A stretch of DNA of 64,000 bases from Clostridia bacterium (GCA_017429985.1 JAFRNW010000019.1:13291-77290), one strand, 5' to 3'; counted from the stretch's first letter, positions 20,348 through 30,570 are shown. Numbers and translations: made by a program. The notes: generated from the letters alone by a model not told the origin.

Positions 20348-20387
20348 AAAGCAAAAGCCGGTCGGTTAGCTGACCGGCTTTTGCTTT
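20348..20387. terminator. Bidirectional intrinsic terminator
   Basis: AAAGCAAAAGCCGGTC...GACCGGCTTTTGCTTT. Confidence 0.8.
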
Positions 20388-20423
20388 ATAATTCGTTATG
20401 TGATTCGCGCGCATGCCGCGAGA

Positions 20424-20867
20424 TCAGTCGGAGAACACCGCAGCGCAGTACGCCTTCATGATATCCGCAACGGAACCCGCAGCGCCGGAAAGGATCACGC
20501 GGCATACTCCGCGGTCCCATCCGTATGAAAAAACGGCGTCGGAGGTCTCGTTCATCCGGTCGCAGAAAAACGCCGAGATCGCATTACCCTTCGCTACGGA
20601 AGCGGGAATATCCAGAATGACGCAGGAACGGTCCGTTTTTTTGTTTCTGTCGGCCATGAAATCAAAAACCACGCTGCTCCGTTTGATCCGCAGGCCTTCT
20701 TTGACAAAGGGTTCCCCGAAGAACCGGTCGACGTCTTCCGCCGTGAACTGCCATACGCCGTTTGTCTTTTCTCCTTTCAGGAGTCCCTGATTCAGATAGT
20801 TGCGCAGTGTCCGGGTGGTAAATCCGGCCATCAGGGCGAGGTCGTTCAGGTTATATGTTCCATCCAT
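20424..20867 (-). CDS. Small MerR-like HTH protein
   Basis: YNLNDLALMAGFTTRTLRNYLNQGLLKGEK..GVWQF; AAGGAG RBS before ATG 20867. Confidence 0.75.
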   Translation of the reverse strand: MDGTYNLNDLALMAGFTTRTLRNYLNQGLLKGEKTNGVWQFTAEDVDRFFGEPFVKEGLRIKRSSVVFDFMADRNKKTDRSCVILDIPASVAKGNAISAFFCDRMNETSDAVFSYGWDRGVCRVILSGAAGSVADIMKAYCAAVFSD

Positions 20868-21223
20868 CGTATTGCATCTCCTTTTTTCGATTCTGTCTGT
20901 ATTCAGCATAACGGAAACGATGACGGAATCCAATTTGAAATGCCGGGAGTTTTTCATAGCCTGCGGTATTGTACGGAGGCACCCTGCACTTGCGGCAGCG
21001 GTTTCTGCCCGAATAACTTCCCGCCGGCGGGTCTGATCCGGACGAAATGCAGGGAGACATTTGATACAGGGCAGATGACGGGGCATGTTTTCCGTGCACA
21101 GAGCGGAGTAAATCATATATTGTATATCGGGCATGGTGATTTGTTGAACTTTTCCCTCTGACGATATATAATCAAAAAAACACTTCTATTTTTTTCCTGA
21201 TTCAGACACGGGAGAGAGAATTC

Positions 21224-22069
21224 ATGAACACAAGAGTCAAACAACGCATTTTCACTGTACTGAAAATACTGTTCGGAGCATTGTTGCTTTTCATCGCGAT
21301 GTTCCCGATCTACTGGCTGCTTGCCATGGCGATTCGGGAAACGGACGAAATGCGCGGGCATATTCCGGTTTTGCCGCAGTCCTTTACCCTCACGCACTTT
21401 GCGCAGCTGTTTGCGGAGAAGGGCTTCGGAACGGCACTGGTCAACAGCCTTCAGACCACGTTCGGCTCGCTGCTGGTCTCCCTGATCGTCGGCGTCTGCT
21501 GCTCCTACATCCTGGCGCGCAGCCGCTTCCGGTTCGGGCTTAAGAAGCCGCTGACTTACTGGGTGCTCCTCGTCCGCGTTCTGCCCCCAATCGCATTCAC
21601 GATCCCGCTGTACATCATGTTCAACAAGTTCGGGCTTCTGAACACGCGCCTTCCGGTCCTGCTAGCCTGCGTACTGATCAACGTGCCGCTGATCATCTGG
21701 TTCCTGGTCAGTTTCTTCCGGGATCTGCCGGAAGAGATCGAGGAAAGCGCGAAAATCGACGGCGCCAGCGAATGGCAGATGTTTATGCGGATCGTTCTCC
21801 CGCTGGTCGCGCCGGGCATTGCGGCGGTCGCGATGCTGTCGTTCATGTACGCATGGAATGAATACACCTACTCGGTCATCTTTACCCGCAGCCCCGCCAA
21901 CAGCACGGTCCCGCTCGCACTGGCGCTGCTGAACACCGAGGACGCACTGACGAACTTCGGCCTTGTGGCCGCAGGCGGCGTGATTTCTGTCGTCCCCATC
22001 ACTCTGTTTGTAATCTTTGCACAGAACTACCTGATCTCCGGGTTGTCAAGCGGTGCTGTCAAAGGTTAA
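21224..22069 (+). CDS. Carbohydrate ABC transporter permease (MalG-like)
   Basis: EAA loop EIEESAKIDGA; AWNEY; ends GLSSGAVKG. Confidence 0.92.
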   Translation: MNTRVKQRIFTVLKILFGALLLFIAMFPIYWLLAMAIRETDEMRGHIPVLPQSFTLTHFAQLFAEKGFGTALVNSLQTTFGSLLVSLIVGVCCSYILARSRFRFGLKKPLTYWVLLVRVLPPIAFTIPLYIMFNKFGLLNTRLPVLLACVLINVPLIIWFLVSFFRDLPEEIEESAKIDGASEWQMFMRIVLPLVAPGIAAVAMLSFMYAWNEYTYSVIFTRSPANSTVPLALALLNTEDALTNFGLVAAGGVISVVPITLFVIFAQNYLISGLSSGAVKG

Positions 22070-22124
22070 CAATAACAAGAATCTTCCCCAGACACCGGGG
22101 GAAAATAAAACAGGAGGAAAGAAA

Positions 22125-23357
22125 ATGAAAAAACTGCTTGCTTTGGTTCTTGCACTGGTCATGGCGCTGAGTCTGGTCGCCTGCTCCGGGTCGAAGACCG
22201 AAAAGCCTGCTGCCGCTTCCAACGAGCCGGCCAAAATGACGATCGCCCTGCGCGCAGGCGCATACGGCGATGCCATCAAATCTTGTCTTCCGAAATTTGA
22301 AGAAGACAACAACGTGAAGATCGAAGCCATGGAGCTCTCCGAGGACGATCTGCACAGCTCCATCGCGCTGGATGCCACCAACGCAACAGGCGCGTACGAT
22401 TTCGTGATGGCCGACGCGTCCTGGATGGCGGAATTCGCGGACGCCGGCGTTCTGGCGGACCTCGGTTCTCTCGGATATGCGTTTGACGACGACATCATCC
22501 CCGCCACCACCGCAGCGTGCGTTTACGACGGGAAGACCTACCTTGCCCCGTACGGCGGCAACGTGACGGTTCTGATGTACAACAAGGCGCTGGTCGAAGC
22601 GGCCGGATACACCCCGGAGAACATCAAGAGCCTCGACGACATGATGAAGATCTGCAAAGCATCGAAGGATGCCGGAAAGAAAGGCTTCATCTACCGTGGC
22701 GACACGAACAACAACTTGACCGTTGACTTCCTGTCGATCCTTGCCAGCTTCGGCGGCTGGGTCGTCGACGACAACAAGAAGGCCACCGTCAATACGCCGG
22801 AATTCAAAGAAGCCATCGAATTCTATCTCGAACTCATTGCAACCGGCGATGCGGAGAAGAAGGATGACCTGATCGCTTCCGTCGAAGGCGGAGCGGGCAC
22901 GATGGGCATCGGCTGGCCGGGCTGGTACAAATCGGACTTCACGGGCTGCGACTATACCGCGATCACCGGTGTTGCCCATGACGGCGGCAAAGCCTACAAC
23001 GCGAACGTCTACGGTGTTTGGCTGGTTGGTATCCCGGCAAATGCCCCCAACAAGGAGCTCTCCGCCAAGCTGCTTACGTACCTGATGGACAAGGATGTGC
23101 AGAAGGCAACGATCCCCGGCGGCGGCGTTCCCTGCCGTTATTCCTGCCTGCAGGATCCGGAAGTTCTGAAGGATCATCCGCAGTTCGAAGTTGTCTGCAA
23201 GGCTCTCGAGGGCGGCGTCTATCGTCCGATCATGAAAGAATGGCCGCAGATGTATGAGATCATCGGTTCCGAACTCGGCAATATCATCAACGGCATCAAG
23301 ACCGTTGACGCAGGTCTTGCCGATGCACAGAAAGCGCTGGACGACCTTCTTAAGTAA
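22125..23357 (+). CDS. Carbohydrate ABC transporter substrate-binding lipoprotein
   Basis: Lipobox LVAC, LMYNKAL; AGGAGG RBS. Confidence 0.9.
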   Translation: MKKLLALVLALVMALSLVACSGSKTEKPAAASNEPAKMTIALRAGAYGDAIKSCLPKFEEDNNVKIEAMELSEDDLHSSIALDATNATGAYDFVMADASWMAEFADAGVLADLGSLGYAFDDDIIPATTAACVYDGKTYLAPYGGNVTVLMYNKALVEAAGYTPENIKSLDDMMKICKASKDAGKKGFIYRGDTNNNLTVDFLSILASFGGWVVDDNKKATVNTPEFKEAIEFYLELIATGDAEKKDDLIASVEGGAGTMGIGWPGWYKSDFTGCDYTAITGVAHDGGKAYNANVYGVWLVGIPANAPNKELSAKLLTYLMDKDVQKATIPGGGVPCRYSCLQDPEVLKDHPQFEVVCKALEGGVYRPIMKEWPQMYEIIGSELGNIINGIKTVDAGLADAQKALDDLLK

Positions 23358-23374
23358 ACGATACCTACAGATGT

Positions 23375-23405
23375 CCGGAAGGAAAGCGGAATGCTTTCCT
23401 TCCGG
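23375..23405 (+). terminator. Intra-operon stem-loop after the binding-protein gene (mRNA stabiliser or partial terminator)
   Basis: Perfect 13-bp stem CCGGAAGGAAAGC-GGAAT-GCTTTCCTTCCGG. Confidence 0.65.
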
Positions 23406-23439
23406 TTTCGAACAAAATCTGTCCATGGGAGAATGAGCC

Positions 23440-24339
23440 ATGAAGAAAAAGAATCCGGGTCGGTTTGTCAGCGGCTCCCTGCAGGCAAAGCGCTTCGGCT
23501 ACGAAATGATCACGCCGACGCTGATCGTGATGGCCATCATGACGGCGTATCCGCTGATTTTTACGTTTTATTACAGTTTTACGGACTACGACCTGCTGCA
23601 GGTGCTGAAAGAGCCGGCCAAGTTCGTCGGATTCGGCAACTATGTCAAGCTGCTGTCCACCTATTATTTCCGCAACGCGATATGGAACACCGTGCGTTTT
23701 TCGCTGCTCGCGGTAGTGTTTGAAATGCTCATTGGCTTCATCATGGCGGAATTTGTGCACCGGCTCCAAAGGGGGCAGAAGGTCATGCGTACGCTGCTTC
23801 TGATCCCCTACCTGCTGCCGACCGTCACCGTCGCGCTGATCTGGCGCATGATGCTTTCGCCGAACTACGGCATTGTCAACCAGGTTCTCGAAGCGCTGCA
23901 TCTTCCGGTCTACAACTGGTTTTACGACATTAAAACCGCGTTCCGGGCGATTCTCGTGATCGATATCTGGCAAAGCTCCCCGTTCGTGTTCCTGCTGATG
24001 TACGCCGCGCTGCAGGCCGTTCCCGAGGATCAGTATGAAGCCGCCAAGCTGGACGGAGCGAACTATTTCCAGTCTCTGTTTTACATCACGATCCCGAACA
24101 TCAAGAACTCGCTTGCGCTGTGCGCGCTGCTCCGTACGATCGACTCGTTCCGACTGTTCGACAAGGTCAACCTGCTGACCGGCGGCGGACCTGCAAACTC
24201 GACCGCGACGATCACGCAGTACCTGTACAATACAGGCATCAAGGTCTACCATTTCGGCTACGCGAGCGCCGGCGCCATCGTTATGACGCTGATCGTCCTA
24301 ATGCTTGCCAGTGTCTACATCAAGCGCGCGATGAATTGA
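23440..24339 (+). CDS. Carbohydrate ABC transporter permease (MalF-like)
   Basis: FVGFGNY, YEAAKLDGA, LLTGGGP. Confidence 0.92.
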   Translation: MKKKNPGRFVSGSLQAKRFGYEMITPTLIVMAIMTAYPLIFTFYYSFTDYDLLQVLKEPAKFVGFGNYVKLLSTYYFRNAIWNTVRFSLLAVVFEMLIGFIMAEFVHRLQRGQKVMRTLLLIPYLLPTVTVALIWRMMLSPNYGIVNQVLEALHLPVYNWFYDIKTAFRAILVIDIWQSSPFVFLLMYAALQAVPEDQYEAAKLDGANYFQSLFYITIPNIKNSLALCALLRTIDSFRLFDKVNLLTGGGPANSTATITQYLYNTGIKVYHFGYASAGAIVMTLIVLMLASVYIKRAMN

Positions 24340-24349
24340 CGGAGACGGC

Positions 24350-25360
24350 ATGAAACATTTTACCCTGACATTTGCAAACGTCGGTTATGGCGAAGCCATG
24401 CTGATCGAGTTATCCGACCCCTCTTCCAAACGGGGGGTCTTTTCTGTTCTGTTTGATGGAGGCGGGGCAGACCCCGATACGTTTGCCGACCGGGCAGCGG
24501 GAAGACGTCCGTTTGTCGAGCATCTCAGATCCATCGGTACGGATCATATCGACGCGGTCATCATCTCCCATATCCATGAGGACCACGTATCCGGACTGTT
24601 GCCGGTTGTTCAAGCGTTTCCGCCCAAAACGGTGTATCAGACGCTCCCTCCGGATTTCTGGCGGGAAGAGATGAGAAAGCTTAGCGCGGAGGCGGGGGAA
24701 ACGGTCTCGCTTCGCAAGTTCACGCAGAGCCTCAATGACTTCCGGGAAATCATGAAGATCACCTCCGACTACGGGGGAACGGTGCGGCAGGTGCTGGCCG
24801 GAGACTCGATTTCCTTTCCGGACGGGATGACCGCATTCGCGCTCGCTCCCAGCGCTGCGAAAGCGGACGAACTGGAAGCAAAGCTGACGGAACTGTACCG
24901 GACGGCGGAAGGCGGCGTGCCGGATCAGCGGCTGCTCCGCCACCTGGACGGGCATATGAACAACGTGAGCCTCATGCTGCGGTTCGATTACGGGGAGACC
25001 CGGGTCCTGCTTCCGGGAGACACGAACAAGGCGGGATTTGACGGGATCGCGGAAGAGGAGCTTTGCGCGGACCTTTATAAGGTCGGGCATCATGGCCAGA
25101 TCGACGGAGCGGACGAGCGGCTGCTTTCCGCAGTGCGGCCGAAGGCCGTAGTCTGCTGCGCTTCGAGCGACCGGCTGTACAACAGTGCGCATCCCGATCT
25201 GCTCCGGCTGATCCGGAAGGGCGGCGCCGAGCTGTGGTTTTCCGATTGTCCTCCGGATCCGGAGGGAGAACCCGTCCCATCCCACGGACTGCTCCGGATC
25301 ACGGTCGACGATCACGGCGGGCTGGAGGCTGTCTATCTGCCTGCAGACAGAGAGGACTGA
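24350..25360 (+). CDS. Metallo-beta-lactamase-fold hydrolase (ComEC/Rec2 C-terminal-like)
   Basis: NVGYGEA, SHIHEDH, NNVS, LLPGD, KVGHHG. Confidence 0.85.
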   Translation: MKHFTLTFANVGYGEAMLIELSDPSSKRGVFSVLFDGGGADPDTFADRAAGRRPFVEHLRSIGTDHIDAVIISHIHEDHVSGLLPVVQAFPPKTVYQTLPPDFWREEMRKLSAEAGETVSLRKFTQSLNDFREIMKITSDYGGTVRQVLAGDSISFPDGMTAFALAPSAAKADELEAKLTELYRTAEGGVPDQRLLRHLDGHMNNVSLMLRFDYGETRVLLPGDTNKAGFDGIAEEELCADLYKVGHHGQIDGADERLLSAVRPKAVVCCASSDRLYNSAHPDLLRLIRKGGAELWFSDCPPDPEGEPVPSHGLLRITVDDHGGLEAVYLPADRED

Positions 25361-25397
25361 TGCGTCCGCCGGCAAGTTCGGCAATATTCAAAATAAG

Positions 25398-25428
25398 ACA
25401 GTCCCGGAACGCTGCGTTCCGGGACTGT
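25398..25428. terminator. Terminator hairpin between convergent genes
   Basis: ACAGTCCCGGAACGC-T-GCGTTCCGGGACTGT inverted repeat. Confidence 0.7.
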
Positions 25429-25467
25429 TGCTTAACCTGATAGAACAGGGGTTCCGTTCGGGATTTA

Positions 25468-26883
25468 TTAAACAGCATGCATTCCGTGGGAAATATCCGC
25501 TTTATGCTTATCCAGCAAAACGGCATAGGACTTCTTCTGGAACAGCCTTCCGATCGGATCGGATAAAACGCCGGCGGCGACGCCGACGATCCAGACATGC
25601 TTCCATCCGGCAAGCGTTCCGGCAAGAACCATGAGCGCTGCCGCGGCTGCCCAATACACCCCCCTGAACCTGCGGTTTTTCCGGTTGAGCTCTTTGATCA
25701 TATCAAAGCCGTTTGACGTGTGCGGCGCGTTTTCAATAAACTCGGCTGCGCCGGCAGGTCCGGGGCAGGAGCGGAAGTCCGCACTGCATTCCCGTGCTGC
25801 GTGCGCATACGCGGAATGCGCCAGAATCTCCTTCACGGCAGAGCGTATGCCGTTTTCCGAATCGTCACGCAGAAGGATGCCCGCATGGAGATCGGCTGCC
25901 CTGGCAGCCACCGCTTTCTGCTCGCTTGTCTGGGGATACAGAATCATGGGGGTCGCCATGTAAAGGCTTTCCGAAACGCTGTTCATGCCGCAGTGGGTAA
26001 TAAAGACGTTTGCTTTTGAAAGTATGTCAAGCTGGTCGACGTAAGGATAAACCCGGATATTGGCGGGCAGAGGACCGAGAGAGCCGCTGTCTATGGAATT
26101 CCCGCAGGAGATCACAACGTCAACGTCCTCATCCCTGAGCGCGCGGATGCATTTCTGATAGAGATCGGGCCTGTCGTTGATGACCGTTCCCATGGAGATG
26201 TAGACGAGCGGACGGTGCTCTTTATCCGGTTCGGCTTTTGAAAAGACCGAAGGGCCGACAAAGGCGAAATGATCGGAGAAACTCTCAGCAAACGGTTGAA
26301 ATCCCTCGGATGTATATACCACGGTATCCGTGCTGTTGTCGTTCTGCACCAGCGACAGGGCGCTTTTGACGTGATAGCCGAGCGGCGCAAGGCTTTTCAG
26401 CTCTCTGGAAATCCTCGGGAGCCCCAGTATCATGTCGGCCAGCTCCTTGGGAGAGTTCTTCATGTACTGAGAGGATACCTGATTGAAGGCAAACGTGCTG
26501 GTGGAAACGACCATCGGAACATTATGCTTCCAGGCATTCAGTTTTCCCCAGAAGCATACGGAATCCGTGTATACGACATCGGGCCGGAATGATTTGAACT
26601 CCCCATCAAGAAACCCGTCCATAGCGAGCGTGATACGGATGTCCTGCACCGCAAGTTCCGTGGAGGAGACCGTGTTCAGACCCTGCTTTTCTCGCTCTGT
26701 CAGAGACGGCAGAAATCCGTCGCAGGAAACGAAAGCCGCCCCCGTTGCTTCGATCTTCTGCCTGAATTCGCCGAACGAATAGAACCGGACGGCATTTCCG
26801 CGCTTCACTAGTTCTTCCGCAACGGGAAGCATCGGATTCGTATGTCCGTGCGCGGGGATACAGAATAGAGCGATTCTTTTCAT
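25468..26883 (-). CDS. MGT-family (macrolide-type GT1) glycosyltransferase with C-terminal membrane extension
   Basis: PAHGHTNP, VYISMGT, FITHCGMNS.SESL, EQ; hydrophobic tail. Confidence 0.85.
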   Translation of the reverse strand: MKRIALFCIPAHGHTNPMLPVAEELVKRGNAVRFYSFGEFRQKIEATGAAFVSCDGFLPSLTEREKQGLNTVSSTELAVQDIRITLAMDGFLDGEFKSFRPDVVYTDSVCFWGKLNAWKHNVPMVVSTSTFAFNQVSSQYMKNSPKELADMILGLPRISRELKSLAPLGYHVKSALSLVQNDNSTDTVVYTSEGFQPFAESFSDHFAFVGPSVFSKAEPDKEHRPLVYISMGTVINDRPDLYQKCIRALRDEDVDVVISCGNSIDSGSLGPLPANIRVYPYVDQLDILSKANVFITHCGMNSVSESLYMATPMILYPQTSEQKAVAARAADLHAGILLRDDSENGIRSAVKEILAHSAYAHAARECSADFRSCPGPAGAAEFIENAPHTSNGFDMIKELNRKNRRFRGVYWAAAAALMVLAGTLAGWKHVWIVGVAAGVLSDPIGRLFQKKSYAVLLDKHKADISHGMHAV

Positions 26884-27098
26884 TTGCCGCTGCTTCCCTT
26901 ATCCTGGAATGCCGCTTCAAGGATCTCGGCAAACGCCCCTTTCGGAGGGATCGCGATGCCCCGGTCCTGATCGCCAAGCAGAAGCAGGGTATCTCCGGGC
27001 CTGATCCCGAACAGATCGCGCGCCTGCTTGGGTATTACAATCTGGCCCTTTTCGCCAACGGTTGCCGTCCATGCATATTTGCCTTTCGGAGCGTTCAT
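26880..27098 (-). CDS. AbrB/MazE/SpoVT-family DNA-binding protein
   Basis: TVGEKGQIVIPKQARDLFGIRPGD. Confidence 0.9.
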   Translation of the reverse strand: MNAPKGKYAWTATVGEKGQIVIPKQARDLFGIRPGDTLLLLGDQDRGIAIPPKGAFAEILEAAFQDKGSSGK

Positions 27099-27193
27099 TT
27101 TCGTTTACCTCATAAGTATGATATGTATTACAAATCGTACGTACGGATACGCGGTTTGTCAAGACGGCACGGCCGTCTGCACCGGTTCCTTGT

Positions 27194-28048
27194 TCAGAAT
27201 ACGTACATCCAGATGCCCAGCCACTGGAGCAGTGCGCCGGCGAGCACAAAGATGTGCCAGATAAAATGAGAACCCTTTACCTTCCACGCAAAGGGGATCA
27301 TCCCGAGCGTGTAAACAATGCCCCCGGAAAGGATGAACCACAGCAGCGCCGGACTGGCAGACCACATACGCGGTATGAAAACTGCCGCGCTCCATCCGAT
27401 GGCGAAGAACAGCGCAAAATGCAGAGCCCGCACGAACATCGGGCCGAAAACTCCCACAAAGGTTACGCCGACGGCGATCAGAACCCACATGGCGATGCAC
27501 AGGACCGTTCCCGGCGTTCCGCCAATGAACAGCAGATGGATCGGCGTGATGGTCCCGCCGATCAGGAGGTAGATCGAGCAATAGTCAAATCTTCGCCAGA
27601 TCCGCTTTACGGTGCTTCCGGTGCGGAAGGCATGATAGAGACAGCTCATGAGGAACATCAGAAACAGGCAGCCGCCGTAAACGATGCCGGAAAAGACCGC
27701 TTCAGGCCGGTCCGCTTTCAGCAGAAGAAGGATCAGCGTGACGATGCTCAAAGCCGCGCCGGCCCCATGGGTCACGCTGGAACCGACCTCTTCCAGGACG
27801 GTGCGGACGGGAGGTTCCGAAAGCAGCCGGCGTCTTTTCCTCCGTTCGGCGGTCCGTTCCCTGCGGGCGGTGAGATACTGCGCCCTTTCCCGCTCCTTCT
27901 CCTCAGACCAGTCATGCAGCACGGCGCGGCGTTTCTCCCTGAGGTCGCGCCTGCGCCGCCGGTACGTTTCCCTGGCTTCCCGCAGTTCGGAGTCGATCTC
28001 GGACAGGCGGGCTCTATTTTTGTCTGCTTTCTCATCCATAGGCGTCAC
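27194..28048 (-). CDS. Hemolysin III / PAQR family membrane protein with charged N-terminal extension
   Basis: EE..SSVTHG, SCLYH, RRFDYCSIYLLIGGT.TP, HFIWHIFV. Confidence 0.88.
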   Translation of the reverse strand: MTPMDEKADKNRARLSEIDSELREARETYRRRRRDLREKRRAVLHDWSEEKERERAQYLTARRERTAERRKRRRLLSEPPVRTVLEEVGSSVTHGAGAALSIVTLILLLLKADRPEAVFSGIVYGGCLFLMFLMSCLYHAFRTGSTVKRIWRRFDYCSIYLLIGGTITPIHLLFIGGTPGTVLCIAMWVLIAVGVTFVGVFGPMFVRALHFALFFAIGWSAAVFIPRMWSASPALLWFILSGGIVYTLGMIPFAWKVKGSHFIWHIFVLAGALLQWLGIWMYVF

Positions 28049-28060
28049 TCCGGCGGATCC

Positions 28061-28993
28061 TCACTTCAGGGAGGAAACGATTTTGCTGATGGGGCGGCTT
28101 TCCAACCGGGCCTTATCGCGATCGATGTCTTCTTTCAAAGCCTTCATTTCGTCGGTGGCGTTTTGTTCGTCATACAGCATCGCGATCAGGGCGTCTTGCC
28201 GGCTGATGATTTCGCTGTTGATGAGAACGGAAGGCTCCAGCTTGTCGGATACCGTTTCCCTGTACTCTGCCAGCCGCTTTTCCGCCTCCCTGCGCATCTT
28301 TTCTGCTTCGGCCTTTGCTTCCGCGATCCGGGCGCTGATCCGTTCCGTCCGGTAAGTCACTTCAGGATAGGCGTCGGCAAAACGCTTGTGGAAAACGGAC
28401 TTGTCAGAAAGAAGCAGATAGACTTCCTTGCGGATCTCTTCCGTGTTGTCCGCTTCGCTCTTTTCGACCCCGATCTTGACGAGTTTCAGCACAAAATGGG
28501 TCAGGATAAAGTCCGCGGAGAACAGCGCGAGCAGAACACATGAAACGGCTTCCTTGACGGAGAGGGGGATGGAGTCAAAGATCCGGTAAAGGACCGGATT
28601 GATGAAATGAATGATCGCGACGCCGCCCAGTCCGAAGAGGATAAGATTCCCGATCCAGACCCGCCCGTGCAGATTCATGGGTTTCTGGCTGTAGTCCCAC
28701 CAGCGGGCATGGAACCGTTTCTCCATGAAATAGCTGGTCAGATACTCAACAGCGCCGCAGATCAGAAAGGACAGGGCAAAGGTGGTCCCGTAGGCGGATT
28801 CGAAAGGAGAGAGCCCTCCGACGAAAATGGTGATCAGCGCGGCGCCGCTGCCGTAGATCGGAAGAATGGGGCCTGTGAAAAAGCCGCGGTTAATGAACCG
28901 GTGGAACTGGAAATACTTGAGGGTCACCTCAATACACCAGCCCAGAAGCGAATAGGCAAAGAACAGTAATACCAGATTCACAATGTATTCCAA
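28061..28993 (-). CDS. Putative ABC-permease-like membrane protein (DUF1113/CmpB-like)
   Basis: YSLLGWCIEV, NRGF..GP.LPIYG, RWWDYS..P.NLHGRV. Confidence 0.8.
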   Translation of the reverse strand: MEYIVNLVLLFFAYSLLGWCIEVTLKYFQFHRFINRGFFTGPILPIYGSGAALITIFVGGLSPFESAYGTTFALSFLICGAVEYLTSYFMEKRFHARWWDYSQKPMNLHGRVWIGNLILFGLGGVAIIHFINPVLYRIFDSIPLSVKEAVSCVLLALFSADFILTHFVLKLVKIGVEKSEADNTEEIRKEVYLLLSDKSVFHKRFADAYPEVTYRTERISARIAEAKAEAEKMRREAEKRLAEYRETVSDKLEPSVLINSEIISRQDALIAMLYDEQNATDEMKALKEDIDRDKARLESRPISKIVSSLK

Positions 28994-29397
28994 TGCGGTA
29001 TCCCTCCCGGATAATAGTCAAATACAGGGATTAGTATACCCGTTTTTTGAATTGTTTGACAGGTTTTCCTCCGGGGGGACACGGATCCAGCGCCGGGAAA
29101 CCGTATCCTCCCCGGCCGACACAAACAATCGTCGGGGCGTTTTAAGCATCTGTTTTGAATGCCGGAGCGCATTGTCCCGGGCTTCCGCACGAATGGAATG
29201 TACGCGTTTTCGTGAAAACAAAAAACAACACCGGGAAAACTTCGGAAAAGCCCTGTGTTTCTCGGTGTTTTTTGGCTCTGGATCACAACGTTAACAAAAG
29301 CACCCGCATCGCAGACTTTCGCAACGTAAAGGGTTTTTGCTTCTTCGTATGAAAGAACAGCAGGATCCTCAGACGGGATTCGCTGTGCATTCCTTCT

Positions 29398-29604
29398 TCA
29401 GAAGTAGAACAGCTCTTCAAACTTCTTATCCAGCGCGATGCAGATGATCAGCGCCAGCTTGGCTGTAGGGTTGAACTGTCCGGTTTCAATGGAACTGATG
29501 GTATTCCTGGAAACGCCGACCAGTTTTGCAAGCTCCGTCTGGGACAGTCCCTTCTCTTTTCTCACAAGCGCAAGGTGATTGTGCAGGACAAGTCCGTCTT
29601 CCAT
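29398..29604 (-). CDS. XRE-family HTH transcriptional regulator
   Basis: LSQTELAKLVGVSRNTISSIETGQFNPTAKLA. Confidence 0.9.
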   Translation of the reverse strand: MEDGLVLHNHLALVRKEKGLSQTELAKLVGVSRNTISSIETGQFNPTAKLALIICIALDKKFEELFYF

Positions 29605-29930
29605 TAAAGCACCCCCGTCAACTGCAGGATCCATACAGCCAGCATGGAGAACGCCAGCACACCCCAGATGATCGTCATAATCAGCTCATGCTTCTTCCGC
29701 AGGCGAAGGTACTTTGTCAGAAACATCGCAAACGCCATGGAAAACAGCGCAAAGTCCGCGCCGCGGTTCACATAGTGCAGCACAAAGCCGTTCACGGTGT
29801 CCACAAGGATGAGCAGCACCACGCCGAGGATATATGCCGTCCAGGCGCCGTTTCGCTGTGCTTCACGGTCCGGCAAGTCCTGCTGTTTTCCCTCGCTCTG
29901 TGCTTTCGCCAGAATTTCTTCTCGATTCAT
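29604..29930 (-). CDS. Small membrane protein (DUF6442-like) coupled to the XRE gene
   Basis: MNREEILAKAQ, three hydrophobic segments; stop overlaps the XRE start; GGGAGG RBS. Confidence 0.7.
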   Translation of the reverse strand: MNREEILAKAQSEGKQQDLPDREAQRNGAWTAYILGVVLLILVDTVNGFVLHYVNRGADFALFSMAFAMFLTKYLRLRKKHELIMTIIWGVLAFSMLAVWILQLTGVL

Positions 29931-30114
29931 TTTATCCAAACCTCCCCGGTGCAAAGTTTACTTGGCACACCGATATCATAGCAATGCCAAGAAAACTTGT
30001 CAATACTTTTTGCAAAGTTTTCTTTGCATTTTTGCTGTGCGGGGCCGGAGACCGTTTTTCCGGCATTTCAAACAAAAAAAGATTGCCGTTTTTGATAAAA
30101 CAGCAATCTTGTTC

Positions 30115-30159
30115 TGGCGTGCCTGGGAGGATTCGAACCTCTGACCTACAGAGTCGGAG
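30115..30159 (-). other. Displaced 3' half of the original tRNA-Arg(CCG) (attR-like)
   Basis: - strand CTCCGAC-TCTGT-AGGTCAGAGGTTCGAATCCTCCCAGGCACGCCA; followed on - by a terminator-like hairpin at about 30074-30110. Confidence 0.92.
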
Positions 30160-30325
30160 AAGTACAGATAATGATTAGAAAAAAGTTAGTAGCATGGGGA
30201 AAAACGCTTATTTTTGGCGGTTTTTGACAGCTTGGCTATGTCAAAATATATGATAAAGAGTATCGTTATAAAAGGCCTTTTTTAATAGCTCTGTAGTAAA
30301 AATGTAGTATGTTTTCAGCTATAGA
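30115..30325 (+). repeat. About 210-bp direct repeat, copy 1 (tRNA 3' half plus cassette end)
   Basis: Aligns nearly end to end with 37851-38062, including CTGTAGTAAAAATGTAGTATGTTTTCAGCTATAGA. Confidence 0.92.
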
Positions 30326-30570
30326 TATCCTTATAAGGAGTATCAGCAATGCCTATTGTATTTAGCCGCATATTCTTTTTGTCTAATATAGGTTTTCAGA
30401 TATTCTAAAACGGCCTGACATCATATACGATATAATTGCTGGAACTGTGTTTTAATGAGCATAAGGCTTTTCTGTGCATCGTTAGAATTATTTCTGTCAA
30501 ACTAATGAGTTTTCGAGTATAATAATACAATTAAAATGATTTTTTTTCTGATTATTTGAGGTTAAAACTA

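Noticed and set aside
23370-23405. SRP RNA-like TCCGGAAGGAA sequence
   Set aside because: It is one arm of a simple perfect hairpin and the rest of SRP domain IV is absent. No SRP RNA is visible upstream of dnaX either.
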